Source of the DNA: an uncultured Coriobacteriaceae bacterium
GTDB lineage: Bacteria; Actinomycetota; Coriobacteriia; Coriobacteriales; Coriobacteriaceae
Assembly: GCA_944319885.1 (NCBI GenBank)
Contig: CALUFC010000011.1
Span: 327 to 64,326, forward strand
Reading direction: 5' to 3'
Length of the DNA stretch: 64,000 nucleotides
Shown here: in pieces, positions 54,282 through 62,791 of the stretch
Numbering within the stretch: position 1 is the stretch's first letter
Layout: each line of letters starts with the position of its first letter
Notes under the pieces: generated by a model
Database searches by the model: none
Told to the model about the DNA's origin: nothing
What the model saw: only the letters and a program-made list of their open reading frames with translations
Position numbers and translations under genes: made by a program

Positions 54282-54668
54282 CTAGGGTGCGGACACAGGG
54301 CGCCCGGTCTCGATGAACGCGATCAGCTCCTCGAGGTCGTCGAAGTCGTCGTAGTCGCCCATGATGCCCTCGCGGTGGTAGACGACCCCCGCGGCCTCGT
54401 TCCGCTCGAGGCAGTCCAGGAGGCGCCCCTCGCCGAACCTGCGCGCGAACTCGCCGAAGGCGCGCGCCTTGAGCTGGGCGCCCGCCATGGCGTCGCAGCC
54501 GCTCAGGCACTCGTAGCAGTGGGCGAGCCCCCGCCCCGTCGAGCACGACCTCACCTCGCAGGTGGCGGCGTCCGGGCAGGACTCGGACTCGCAGCCGTCG
54601 CACCCGTCGTTCTCCGAGCACAGGCAGCAGGCGAGCCCGCACCGCGCGATCCCCAGCTCTCTCCTCAT
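54282..54668 (-). CDS. DUF3795-like Cys-rich protein
   Basis: The ATG at 54668 follows aaggggg. Cys-rich N-terminus CGLACCLCSENDGCDGCESESC...CEVRSC...CYEC. Confidence 0.6.
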   Translation of the reverse strand: MRRELGIARCGLACCLCSENDGCDGCESESCPDAATCEVRSCSTGRGLAHCYECLSGCDAMAGAQLKARAFGEFARRFGEGRLLDCLERNEAAGVVYHREGIMGDYDDFDDLEELIAFIETGRPVSAP

Positions 54669-54738
54669 GAGGACCCCCTTGTTAACGAACGTATGTTCCT
54701 GTACCATGATGCTACCACAAGCGAGGACGGAGGCCACG

Positions 54739-55449
54739 ATGGCGTACGACTTCAAGAGGGAGTTCCGCGACCTGTACCAGCCCAAGATGGCCCCGGCGCT
54801 CGTCGACGTTCCGGCGATGACCTTCGCCGCCGTCGCCGGCGCGGGGGACCCCAACGTGGAGGGGGGCGCCTACAAGCGCGCGCTCGGGCTCCTGTACGCC
54901 TTCTCCTACACGGCCAAGATGTCGAAGATGGGAGACTGGCAGCCCGAGGGCTACTTCGACTACGTGGTGCCGCCGCTCGAGGGCCTGTGGTGGGGCGGAG
55001 AGGGCGCGTTCGACGGGACGGGCGTCGACGACAAGGCGGCCCTCTCGTGGGTGTCGCTCATCCGCCAGCCCGACTTCGTGACGCCCGGGACCCTCCCCGC
55101 GATTCGCGAGATGGCTGCCGAGAAGAAGCCCGACCTGGCAGACGCCCTCGAGTCGGGCGAGCTCCGCCTCGTGCGGTTCTCGGAAGGGCGCTGCGCGCAG
55201 TCCATGCACAAGGGGCCCTACGACGAGGAGGGTGCCACGATCTCGAAGCTCGCCGCCTTCGTCGGTGCGCAGGGCCTTCGCCTCGACATCGGCGAGGCGG
55301 GGGGCTCGCGCCCGAGCGACGTCCTCGGCGCGCTCGACTGCGACGGCGGCGTCCCCTCCGTCCGCCTCCACCACGAGATCTACCTGGGCGACCCCAGGCG
55401 CACGAAGCCCGAGAGCCTCAGGACCGTCATCCGGCACCCGGTCGCTTAG
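54739..55449 (+). CDS. GyrI-like small-molecule-binding domain protein
   Basis: The ATG at 54739 follows gacggagg. The N-terminus YDFKREFRDLYQPK and the motifs RQPDFVT, SMHKGPYD and HEIYLGDPRRT are typical of this family. Confidence 0.72.
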   Translation: MAYDFKREFRDLYQPKMAPALVDVPAMTFAAVAGAGDPNVEGGAYKRALGLLYAFSYTAKMSKMGDWQPEGYFDYVVPPLEGLWWGGEGAFDGTGVDDKAALSWVSLIRQPDFVTPGTLPAIREMAAEKKPDLADALESGELRLVRFSEGRCAQSMHKGPYDEEGATISKLAAFVGAQGLRLDIGEAGGSRPSDVLGALDCDGGVPSVRLHHEIYLGDPRRTKPESLRTVIRHPVA

Positions 55450-55457
55450 GGACGACC

Positions 55458-55841
55458 ATGGACCTCTCGCGCATAGACGCCCGCCTGCTCTCGCGCCCCG
55501 GCGCAACCAAGGCCCTCCACGAGAAGTGGGGCTGGATGGTGTACTGGGTGGGCGGCAGGCAGTTCGCCTGCGAGTTCGTCGCTTCTCCCGACGCCAGGCC
55601 GCCCTACGCGGGGCGCCATCTGCTCTCGCTCAAGTGCGACTCCGACCGCATCCTGGAGCTGCGCGCGGAGCATCCGGGCGCGGTTCTTCCCGGCTACTAC
55701 TCCGACGGGCGCACGTGGGTCTCCGTCGACCTGGACGCCAACCTTCCCGAGGGGCTCGTGCTCGACCTGTGCGACATGAGCTACGACCTCGTCTTCTCCA
55801 AGCTGCCCAAGCGAGTCCAGCGGGAGCTCGCGGGCGCGTAG
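55458..55841 (+). CDS. MmcQ/YjbR-family DNA-binding protein
   Basis: 127 aa. The motifs FACE..SLKCD and YYSDGRTWVSVDLD resemble YjbR-family sequences. Confidence 0.7.
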   Translation: MDLSRIDARLLSRPGATKALHEKWGWMVYWVGGRQFACEFVASPDARPPYAGRHLLSLKCDSDRILELRAEHPGAVLPGYYSDGRTWVSVDLDANLPEGLVLDLCDMSYDLVFSKLPKRVQRELAGA

Positions 55842-55843
55842 CG

Positions 55844-56344
55844 TTACCCCGCGAGCGCGCGCAGCGAGTCGGCTGCCGCTCGCGACGTGATGTGGAGCCT
55901 GAGGCCGATGGGGCTCACCTCGAGCTCCACGACGGGCGATCCCTCGTAGGTGGTGACCTCGAGCACCTTGACCTCGTCGAGGTCGTCGGCGCTCTGCCCG
56001 AGCTTCTGCGTCTCCGGCTGCCACAGCTCGAAGGCGTACTCCGCGTCGGCGTCCGGCTCCGCGGCCAGGCCGTTCTCGTCGGAGAGCGGGTCGAAGGCGC
56101 CCTCGATCTGGTCCTGGTCGGTCAGCTCGCGCACGACCTCGCCGGTCTGGGCGTCCCTCACGACGAGGCGGGAGACCTTGCCCCAATCGACGTTCGAGAG
56201 CGTGTCGGCGAGCTCCTGCGCCTGCGAGGCGAAGTCCTCCGCCTGGTCGGCGACGTCGTCGAGGCCGGGCAGGCCGAAGCATCCCGCGAGGGGCAGCGAA
56301 ATAGTGGCGGCGAGCAGGGCGGCGATGGCGGTGCGTGCTCTCAT
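55844..56344 (-). CDS. Acidic secreted lipoprotein, unknown function
   Basis: The ATG at 56344 follows gagaggag. Signal peptide with lipobox LPLAGC. Confidence 0.6.
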   Translation of the reverse strand: MRARTAIAALLAATISLPLAGCFGLPGLDDVADQAEDFASQAQELADTLSNVDWGKVSRLVVRDAQTGEVVRELTDQDQIEGAFDPLSDENGLAAEPDADAEYAFELWQPETQKLGQSADDLDEVKVLEVTTYEGSPVVELEVSPIGLRLHITSRAAADSLRALAG

Positions 56345-56426
56345 TGGTCTCCTCTCGATTCGGCTCCCGCCCATTCTACCCCGGGGCCTCCCGGGCGGGT
56401 GGGGACTCCTTCCGCCCGGGAGGTCC

Positions 56427-57152
56427 CTACCTCGCGGCCTCCCGGCGCCTCACGGCGGCGTAGGCTGCCGCGCCGGCGCCGACGAGGGCGACGGTGGCGA
56501 CGAGCGTGGCCCCGGCGGCGACCCAGTCGCCCTGCGAGGCGAACCCCGCGGCGAGCGTCGAGGTCACGACCGAGGGGACGCGCCCGACCGTGGCGATGGC
56601 CGCGATGCGCCACCAGCGGCAGTCGGTGAGCCCTGCGACGTAGGTGAGGACGTCCTTGGGGGTGCCGGGGATGAGGAACACGACGAGCATCAGGAGCTCG
56701 AAGCGCGCGGAGTCGCGCAGCCACGAGACGCCCTCCAGCTGCTCGGCCGAGAAGAACGCGCGCACGGCGCGCATGCCGAGCGCCCTCACGAGGGCCGTCA
56801 CGGCGAGCGTGCCCACCAGCCCGCCCGCCAGGCACACGGCCGTGCCCTCCCAGAAGCCGAAGAGGTAGCCCGCCGCGAGCTCGACCGGCTCGCCGGGGAG
56901 CACCGCGACGACGATCTGGGCGACGACGAGCGCCCCCATGGCCGCGGGCGCGAGCGGCCCCTGGGCGTCAACCCAGGCGCGCACCGCGTCCCCGTCCGTG
57001 AAGAACGCCCACAGGCCGGGCCCCCAGTAGAGCGCCGCCGCGACCAGCAGGGCCGCCGCCGCGACCAGCAGGGCCGCCGCCGCGACGCAGCCCTCCGCCT
57101 CGAGCGCCCTTCCGCCCGTCCCGCGCTCCCCTTCCGTTTCCTCGCCCGCCAT
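56427..57152 (-). CDS. TVP38/TMEM64 (DedA-related) family membrane protein
   Basis: The ATG at 57152 follows caggagg. The motifs LPGEPVELAAGYLFG and IPGTPKDVLTYVAGLT are typical of the family. Confidence 0.75.
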   Translation of the reverse strand: MAGEETEGERGTGGRALEAEGCVAAAALLVAAAALLVAAALYWGPGLWAFFTDGDAVRAWVDAQGPLAPAAMGALVVAQIVVAVLPGEPVELAAGYLFGFWEGTAVCLAGGLVGTLAVTALVRALGMRAVRAFFSAEQLEGVSWLRDSARFELLMLVVFLIPGTPKDVLTYVAGLTDCRWWRIAAIATVGRVPSVVTSTLAAGFASQGDWVAAGATLVATVALVGAGAAAYAAVRRREAAR

Positions 57153-57430
57153 GTCCGCGCCCTCCTGTCGGTCTTTCCGTCCTGGTGCCATTATGACTGG
57201 GGGGGGGTTCCGGGCAACCGTCGGCCCTCGTCGGTAACGGCCCCCGCGGGATCTCTCTCGCGAGGGCCGTCTTGTCCGGTCGGGACTCGTGGGGATTGTC
57301 TTTTGGGTCCCTGCCGGATCGACTGGGTCGCCCCCCAGATAAATCGAGCTCTCCGCTGCATGACAAGATGGACGCACCCTAGGCTCGCTGGCGGCCAGGC
57401 CCTCAAGAGCCCTCAAAAGGGCGCATGTCG

Positions 57431-57523
57431 TCAGTCCCTGTCTCGCCAGCGCCGGATGAGGTAGTTGCGCACCGGCACTGCCACGATAATCAATCCGATT
57501 ACGAAGAGCACCGTGAGGTCCAT
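57431..57523 (-). CDS. Possible 30-aa single-TM micro-protein (MDLTVLFVIGLIIVAVPVRNYLIRRWRDRD)
   Basis: Found by hand; it is below the ORF-track length cut-off. The ATG lies 8 nt downstream of the ABC-2 permease stop. There is no counterpart in cassette A. Confidence 0.25.
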   Translation of the reverse strand: MDLTVLFVIGLIIVAVPVRNYLIRRWRDRD

Positions 57524-57530
57524 CCCGCCC

Positions 57531-58256
57531 CTAGAACTCGCGCGTCTTGTAGAGCTTGAGGGAGAGTGCGGCAGAGAGAGCGAGAGAGCCGGCCGAGAGC
57601 GCGAGCAGCCCGATGAGGCACCCCGCCGCGCCCGCAGGTGACCAGACGAGGCTCAGGGCTCCTGCGAGGCCCTCGGCCGTGAGCGTGCTCTCGTCGATCA
57701 TGCCGCTCCCGCCCGCAACGATGATGGGGCAGAGAAGCACGAAGAGGGGCACGAGCGGCAGGTACTGCGTCGTCCTCGTGTTGCCAAAGCGGAAGAAGAG
57801 CGGGACCTCCACGGCCGCGCAGAGCGACCCGACGGCAAAGAGCGCTCCCGCGGAGAGGCACATGCCTAGCAGGGCGTCCCCGGAGAGCGCCAGGGCGGAC
57901 GAGAGCTCTCCCGGCAGCGGGATGAAGAGCGCGACCGCCCCGAGGGCGACCGCCGCCGCCAATCCGAGGGCCAGTCCGCCGAGCCCGAGTGTCGCGATGG
58001 CGCCGTAGCGGGCGAGCACCACGTCACGACGGGAAAGCGGCATCGTGAGACGAAGGCGCTCCCAGCCATTCAGGTCATCGAAGGAGTTTGTCCCGGACAC
58101 GCCGAGCAGGAGGTACATCATCGCAAGGAGGCCTGGTGCCATCACGGAGGTCTGCATGCCCAGGCTCACGCACACGGCGACAAAGAGCCCGAGGCCGAGG
58201 AGCGCCCGCGCGTAGTCGCGAAGGACGGTCATGTCAACGAGGTAGGCGCGCAGCAT
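57531..58256 (-). CDS. ABC-2 type transporter permease (cassette B, second copy)
   Basis: 241 aa. Paralog of 45060..45785 (MLRAYLVDMTVLRDYARAL vs MKRAYLVEMTIIRDYVRQL). Confidence 0.75.
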   Translation of the reverse strand: MLRAYLVDMTVLRDYARALLGLGLFVAVCVSLGMQTSVMAPGLLAMMYLLLGVSGTNSFDDLNGWERLRLTMPLSRRDVVLARYGAIATLGLGGLALGLAAAVALGAVALFIPLPGELSSALALSGDALLGMCLSAGALFAVGSLCAAVEVPLFFRFGNTRTTQYLPLVPLFVLLCPIIVAGGSGMIDESTLTAEGLAGALSLVWSPAGAAGCLIGLLALSAGSLALSAALSLKLYKTREF

Positions 58257-58328
58257 CTTCGTGTTCCAATCCCTTGGTGGGGCGCCGCGGGAGGGGGCGT
58301 CGCGGCGCCCGGTTTTCCGCTCTTCTCG

Positions 58329-59054
58329 CTAGAGCTCGCGGGTCTCGTAGAGGCGCAGGGAGAGCGCGGCGGAGACGGCTAGGATGACGGCGGAGGCCGC
58401 CACCATGACCGCGCACCCAACGGCCAGGCCCTCGGGTGTCTCGATGTAGGCGAGCAGGGACGCGATCTGTTCGAGGCCCGGCAGCGCCCCGTCGAGAAGG
58501 CCGCTGTTGCCGAGAAAGACCACCGGCAGCACGAAGAGCAAGACGATGATCGTGGGGAGGAGCTGCGTGGCCTTGGTCTGGCCGAGGCGGAAGTAGATCG
58601 GCGTCACGACGGAGGCCACGGTGGCGCCGATGAGCAGGCAGAACGTCGTGGCGAAAGCCATCGCGGAGAGCGTGCCGGCGTCAAGGGCGAGGGCCTGGGA
58701 GAGCTCGCCGGGGAGCTCCACCGCGGAGGCCACGGCGCTGATCGCGAACGCGGCGAGCAGGCCGACCGCCATGCCGCCCAGGCCCAGCGTCACAATGGCG
58801 CCGTAGCGGCCGAGCACCACGTCCCGGCGGGAGAGCGGCAGCGTCAGGCGGAAGCGGCCCCAGTCGTTCTGCTCGTCGTAGGCGGCCGCGCCCATCGCGC
58901 CCATCATGAAGAACATGCAGGTGATGATCGAGGGGGCGGCGAGGACGGTCTGCATCCCGCAGCCCACGAGCACCGCCACGAGGAAGCCGAGGGCCAATAG
59001 CTGCCTGCCGTAGTCGCGGAAGATGGTGAGCTCGATGAGGTATGCGCGCTTCAT
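58329..59054 (-). CDS. ABC-2 type transporter permease (cassette B, first copy)
   Basis: Inner ATG at 59054 (MKRAYLIELTIFRDYGRQL), with a TAATG overlap with the ATPase stop. Confidence 0.75.
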   Translation of the reverse strand: MKRAYLIELTIFRDYGRQLLALGFLVAVLVGCGMQTVLAAPSIITCMFFMMGAMGAAAYDEQNDWGRFRLTLPLSRRDVVLGRYGAIVTLGLGGMAVGLLAAFAISAVASAVELPGELSQALALDAGTLSAMAFATTFCLLIGATVASVVTPIYFRLGQTKATQLLPTIIVLLFVLPVVFLGNSGLLDGALPGLEQIASLLAYIETPEGLAVGCAVMVAASAVILAVSAALSLRLYETREL

Positions 59055-59956
59055 TATCGGACACCGCCCTTCAGGGTGAGAGACATGTAGTCGTCGATGG
59101 TCATGCGGTCGCACGGGATGTCGGGGAACATCTCGGCGAAGGCGAATCGGTCGGGGACGAGCACGTCGATGCCGTAGTCGTGGCGGAGGTAGCGGAGCTC
59201 GGAGTCGGGGACCATGCCGGAGGAGGCGATCCTCTCGAGATCGGCCACGCGGCACCGGGCGACGCCAGCCGAGTCGGTTATGGCGTCCTTCTCGAGGTCG
59301 AAGACGATGCGGCCGGCGTCGATGCAGACGATGCGGTCCGCGATGCGCTCGAGGTCGCTCGTGATGTGGCTGCTCATGAGGATGGCGTGCCCCGGCTGGG
59401 CCACGAAGTCGCGCAGACGCTCGAGCGCCTCGTCGCGCGCCATCGGGTCGAGCCCCGCGGTGGCCTCGTCGAGGATGAGGACCTGCGGGTCGTGCGCGAG
59501 CGCGCAGGCGAGGCTGAGCTTCATGCCCATGCCGCGCGAGAGGTCCTTCACGGCCTTCTTGGGGTCGAGCCCGAGGTCGCGGGTGAGCTGCGAGAAGCGG
59601 TGCGCGTCCCAGGAGGCGAAGGCGCTCGCGTAGATGCGCCCGACGTCTGCCACCCTGAGGTGCCCGGGCAGCGAGACGGTGTCGAAGACGACGCCTACGC
59701 GCTCCTTCGTCGCCGCGCCTGACGCGCGGGTGAGCTCGTCGCTCGGGGTGCCGAGGACGCTCCCCTCGCCGCCGTCGACCCGGATGAGGCCGAGGAGCGC
59801 CTTGATGGTGGTGGACTTGCCGGCGCCGTTCTGGCCGACGAACCCCACTACCTCGCCCTCGTTCACGGCGAGGTTCACCCCCTCGAGGGAGAAGCCGTCG
59901 TAGTGCTTGGTGAGCCCGCGGGCCTCGATGAGAGCCGCGCTCGAGCCTTTGGTCAT
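59054..59956 (-). CDS. ABC transporter ATP-binding protein (cassette B)
   Basis: Walker A GQNGAGKST, signature LSRGMGMKLSLA, Walker B VLILDEATAGLD. About 70 percent identical by eye to 45786..46709. The start at ATG 59956 is preferred over GTG 59965. Confidence 0.88.
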   Translation of the reverse strand: MTKGSSAALIEARGLTKHYDGFSLEGVNLAVNEGEVVGFVGQNGAGKSTTIKALLGLIRVDGGEGSVLGTPSDELTRASGAATKERVGVVFDTVSLPGHLRVADVGRIYASAFASWDAHRFSQLTRDLGLDPKKAVKDLSRGMGMKLSLACALAHDPQVLILDEATAGLDPMARDEALERLRDFVAQPGHAILMSSHITSDLERIADRIVCIDAGRIVFDLEKDAITDSAGVARCRVADLERIASSGMVPDSELRYLRHDYGIDVLVPDRFAFAEMFPDIPCDRMTIDDYMSLTLKGGVR

Positions 59957-59993
59957 GATATTCACGTCCCTTCTTGCGCGCCCGTCGCGGGCG

Positions 59994-60362
59994 CTACTCC
60001 AGTACCAGGGCGAGCATCTCGGTGAGCTCGTCGTCGGTGAGGCCGACCGAGCGGCCCTTCTCGACCGCCCTCGCCATGAGGCCCTCGACCTCCCTCATCT
60101 GCTCCTCGCGGATGAGCTCGGCGTTCCCGCCGGCGACGAAGCTCCCCTTGCCCTGCACCGTCTCGATGAGCCCCGTTGCCTCCAGGTCCGCGTAGGCGCG
60201 CTTGGTGGTTATGGCGCTCACGCGCAGGCTGTTGGCCAGCGCCCTGATCGAGGGGAGCTGCTCGCCCTCGGCCAGCTCGCCCTTGACGATCGCGGCCTTG
60301 ATCTGGTCCGTGATCTGCTCGTAGATGGGCTTGCCGCTCGAGTTCGAGATGATGATGTCCAA
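59994..60362 (-). CDS. YtrA-subfamily GntR transcriptional regulator (cassette B)
   Basis: TTG start at 60362, as in cassette A. The HTH region is almost identical to 46773..47141. Confidence 0.85.
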   Translation of the reverse strand: MDIIISNSSGKPIYEQITDQIKAAIVKGELAEGEQLPSIRALANSLRVSAITTKRAYADLEATGLIETVQGKGSFVAGGNAELIREEQMREVEGLMARAVEKGRSVGLTDDELTEMLALVLE

Positions 60363-60483
60363 GTTCCGATCCTTCCTGCTCGCCCCTCGGGCGTCCCCTC
60401 GGGGGGTTGCCGCCGCGGGGCGTCCCCCTCGGCGGCGCGGGGCGGCGGCGGACGTCTTCGCGCCTCCCCGTCGGGTATATACC

Positions 60484-60531
60484 GTATATACCCGATAGCT
60501 ACAGTATATACTCACCTATACACAGTGCAAG
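60484..60531 (-). promoter_or_regulatory. Second copy of the identical 48-nt promoter/operator block
   Basis: The same 48-mer as 47262-47309. Confidence 0.55.
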
Positions 60532-60651
60532 GGAAATTACCGACTTTTTCGAATCGCGGCCCCGGGACGGCCCTCAGCTGGGAAGCTAACCGTAAGCTAA
60601 CGCCCGCGCGGTATGGTTCCCGCGGGGTCGGACGAGAGAGGGGTGGCGGCC

Positions 60652-61347
60652 ATGGCGGAGAGGGTGCTCGTGGTCGAGGACGAGCCAGACGTTCTGGACG
60701 CGCTCGTGCAGCTGCTCGCGCACGCGGGCTACGAGGCGCGCGGGGAGGCGGACGGGCTCGCGGGCCTCCGCGCGTTCCAGGCGGCGCTCGGGGCTGAGCC
60801 CTTCGACCTCGTCATGCTGGACGTGATGATGCCCAAGATCGACGGCTTCACGCTCTGCGAGGCGATCAGGTCCTCCTCCGACGTCCCCGTCATGGTCCTC
60901 ACCGCCCTCGACGGGGAGGACGACCAGCTTCGCGCCTTCTCCCTGCTCGTCGACGACTTCGTCCCCAAGCCCTTCTCCCTGCCCGTGGTCCTCGAGCGGG
61001 TCCGCGCGCTGCTGAGGAGGTCCGCCCCCGGGCGCGGTGGGGAGGCGGGGGTCGTCGCCTGGCGCGACGTCGTCCTCGACCCCGCCTCGCGCGAGGCCGT
61101 GCGGGCCGGCGTGCCCGTGGGGCTCACCAGGACCGAGTTCGACGTCCTCCTCGCCCTCATGTCGCGGCCGGGCAGGGTGCTCTCCCGCGCCGAGCTCGCC
61201 TCCGCGGGCGGGCAGGCCGACCCCGCCGACCCCACCGCCGGCGAGTCGGCCGTGAAGCTCCACGTCATGAACATCCGCCGCAAGCTCGGGGCCGACGTCG
61301 TCGAGACCGTGAGGGGGGTGGGCTACCGTGTGCCGCGCGATCGCTAG
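60652..61347 (+). CDS. OmpR-family response regulator
   Basis: Receiver domain (VLVVEDEPD, DLVMLDVMMPKIDG, KPF) plus a winged-helix output domain (LTRTEFDVLLALM...GVGYRV). Confidence 0.88.
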   Translation: MAERVLVVEDEPDVLDALVQLLAHAGYEARGEADGLAGLRAFQAALGAEPFDLVMLDVMMPKIDGFTLCEAIRSSSDVPVMVLTALDGEDDQLRAFSLLVDDFVPKPFSLPVVLERVRALLRRSAPGRGGEAGVVAWRDVVLDPASREAVRAGVPVGLTRTEFDVLLALMSRPGRVLSRAELASAGGQADPADPTAGESAVKLHVMNIRRKLGADVVETVRGVGYRVPRDR

Positions 61348-62701
61348 CAGCCTCTCCGCGAAGGTGTTCCTGCTCACGGCGGCGCTCCTCGCCGTCGGGT
61401 GCCTCGCCCTCTACGTCGCCGTGGCCCTCGCGCTGCCGGGCGGCTACCGCGCCCTCTCCGCCGCCCGCGCCGAGGAGGCCGCCGCCGCGCTCGCCGCCGA
61501 GCTCTCCGGGGCCGACGCCGGGGAGGCGGCGGGCATCGTCGAGCGCTTCGCCGCCGAGAACGGGGCGGCGGTGACGCTCTCCGGCGGGCCCGGCGCCGCG
61601 CCCGCCGGGGAGGGGGCGCCGGAGGGCTCCGCCTACACCGTCTCCGTCGCCGTCGAGCTCGCGGACGGCTCGAGCGAGCTGCTCACCATCACCGACTCCT
61701 CGGGGTCGCTCGGGATCATCGCCGACGCGCTCCTGCGCCTCTTCCCGGCCGCCGCGGCCCTCATCCTCGCGGTCTCCGCTGCGGGCGCGTGGGTCTGCGC
61801 CCGCCTCGTGGCGCGCCCCGTCGTCGAGATCGCGGACGTCTCCGAGCGCCTGTCGCGCCTCGACATGACGTGGTCCTGCGACGAGCGGCGCGCGGACGAG
61901 GTGGGCGTGCTCGCGCGCAGCCTCAACGCCATGGCGGCGCGCCTCGAGCGCACCATCGGCGAGCTCAGGGGCGCCAACGAGCGCCTGCGCTCCGAGGCCG
62001 AGGAGGCCACCGCCCGGGAGCGGGAGCGCCGCGACTTCCTGGCGGCGGCGTCCCACGAGCTCAAGACCCCGCTCGCCGCGGCGCGGGCGCAGGTTGAGGG
62101 GATGATGCTCGGCATCGGCGACTTCGCAGACCACGGCGCCCACCTGCCCAGGGCGCTCGCGGCCCTCGACCGCATGGACGCCCTCGTGCGCGAGATGCTC
62201 GCGGCGGCGCGGGCCGAGTCCGCCCCTGCCGCGGCCCCCGAGGCCCTCGACGCCCGCGAGGTCGCGGCCTCGGCGGTGGCGGCGTCGCGGGAGCTCGCCT
62301 CCTCGCGCGGCGTGGAGCTCGCGCTGCTCCCCGGCGCGCCCTGCCCGGTGGTGGCCGAGCGCGCGCAGCTCGAGCTGGCCGTCTCCAACGCCGTCTCCAA
62401 CGCCGCCCGCCACGCCCTGCCCGGGACCCGCGCGACCGTCTCGCTCGAGGGCGGGCGCTTGCGCGTGGAGAACCGCTGCGAGCCGCTGCCGCCTGAGGCC
62501 GTGGCCCGGCTCACCGAGCCCTTCTTCCGCGCGGACGCCTCGCGCTCGCGCGACGGCGGGGGCTCCGGGCTGGGTCTCCACCTCGCAGCGCGGGCCCTCG
62601 ACCGCCTGGGGGCGCCGCTCTCGATCTCCTGCGAGGGAGGGGCCTTCGCCTTCGAGGCCGACCTCTCCGGCCTCGCGGCGCCCGCGCGAACGGAAGGCTA
62701 A
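61328..62701 (+). CDS. Sensor histidine kinase
   Basis: Two TM helices, a HAMP-like region, H-box FLAAASHELKTPL, N-box NAVSNAARHA, G-box GGSGLGL. It overlaps the RR gene by 20 nt. Confidence 0.85.
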   Translation: MCRAIASSLSAKVFLLTAALLAVGCLALYVAVALALPGGYRALSAARAEEAAAALAAELSGADAGEAAGIVERFAAENGAAVTLSGGPGAAPAGEGAPEGSAYTVSVAVELADGSSELLTITDSSGSLGIIADALLRLFPAAAALILAVSAAGAWVCARLVARPVVEIADVSERLSRLDMTWSCDERRADEVGVLARSLNAMAARLERTIGELRGANERLRSEAEEATARERERRDFLAAASHELKTPLAAARAQVEGMMLGIGDFADHGAHLPRALAALDRMDALVREMLAAARAESAPAAAPEALDAREVAASAVAASRELASSRGVELALLPGAPCPVVAERAQLELAVSNAVSNAARHALPGTRATVSLEGGRLRVENRCEPLPPEAVARLTEPFFRADASRSRDGGGSGLGLHLAARALDRLGAPLSISCEGGAFAFEADLSGLAAPARTEG

Positions 62702-62791
62702 CCGAACGAGGACCGCGCGCGAACGGGTGCGCGCCACCATCGGGGTCGCACGGGCGGCCCCGGCCGCCGAACCCGACGGAAAGGTGGCACC

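Noticed and set aside
54135-55841. 568-aa plus-strand ORF, together with the overlapping 55232..56629, 55950..57464, 55446..56282 and 54712..55506 ORFs
   Set aside because: These are extremely Arg/Gly/Pro/Ala-rich translations without motifs. The region is fully explained by shorter genes with RBSs and recognisable families (XRE, DUF3795, GyrI-like, YjbR, lipoprotein, TVP38). Only the last 127 codons of 54135..55841 are real (YjbR).
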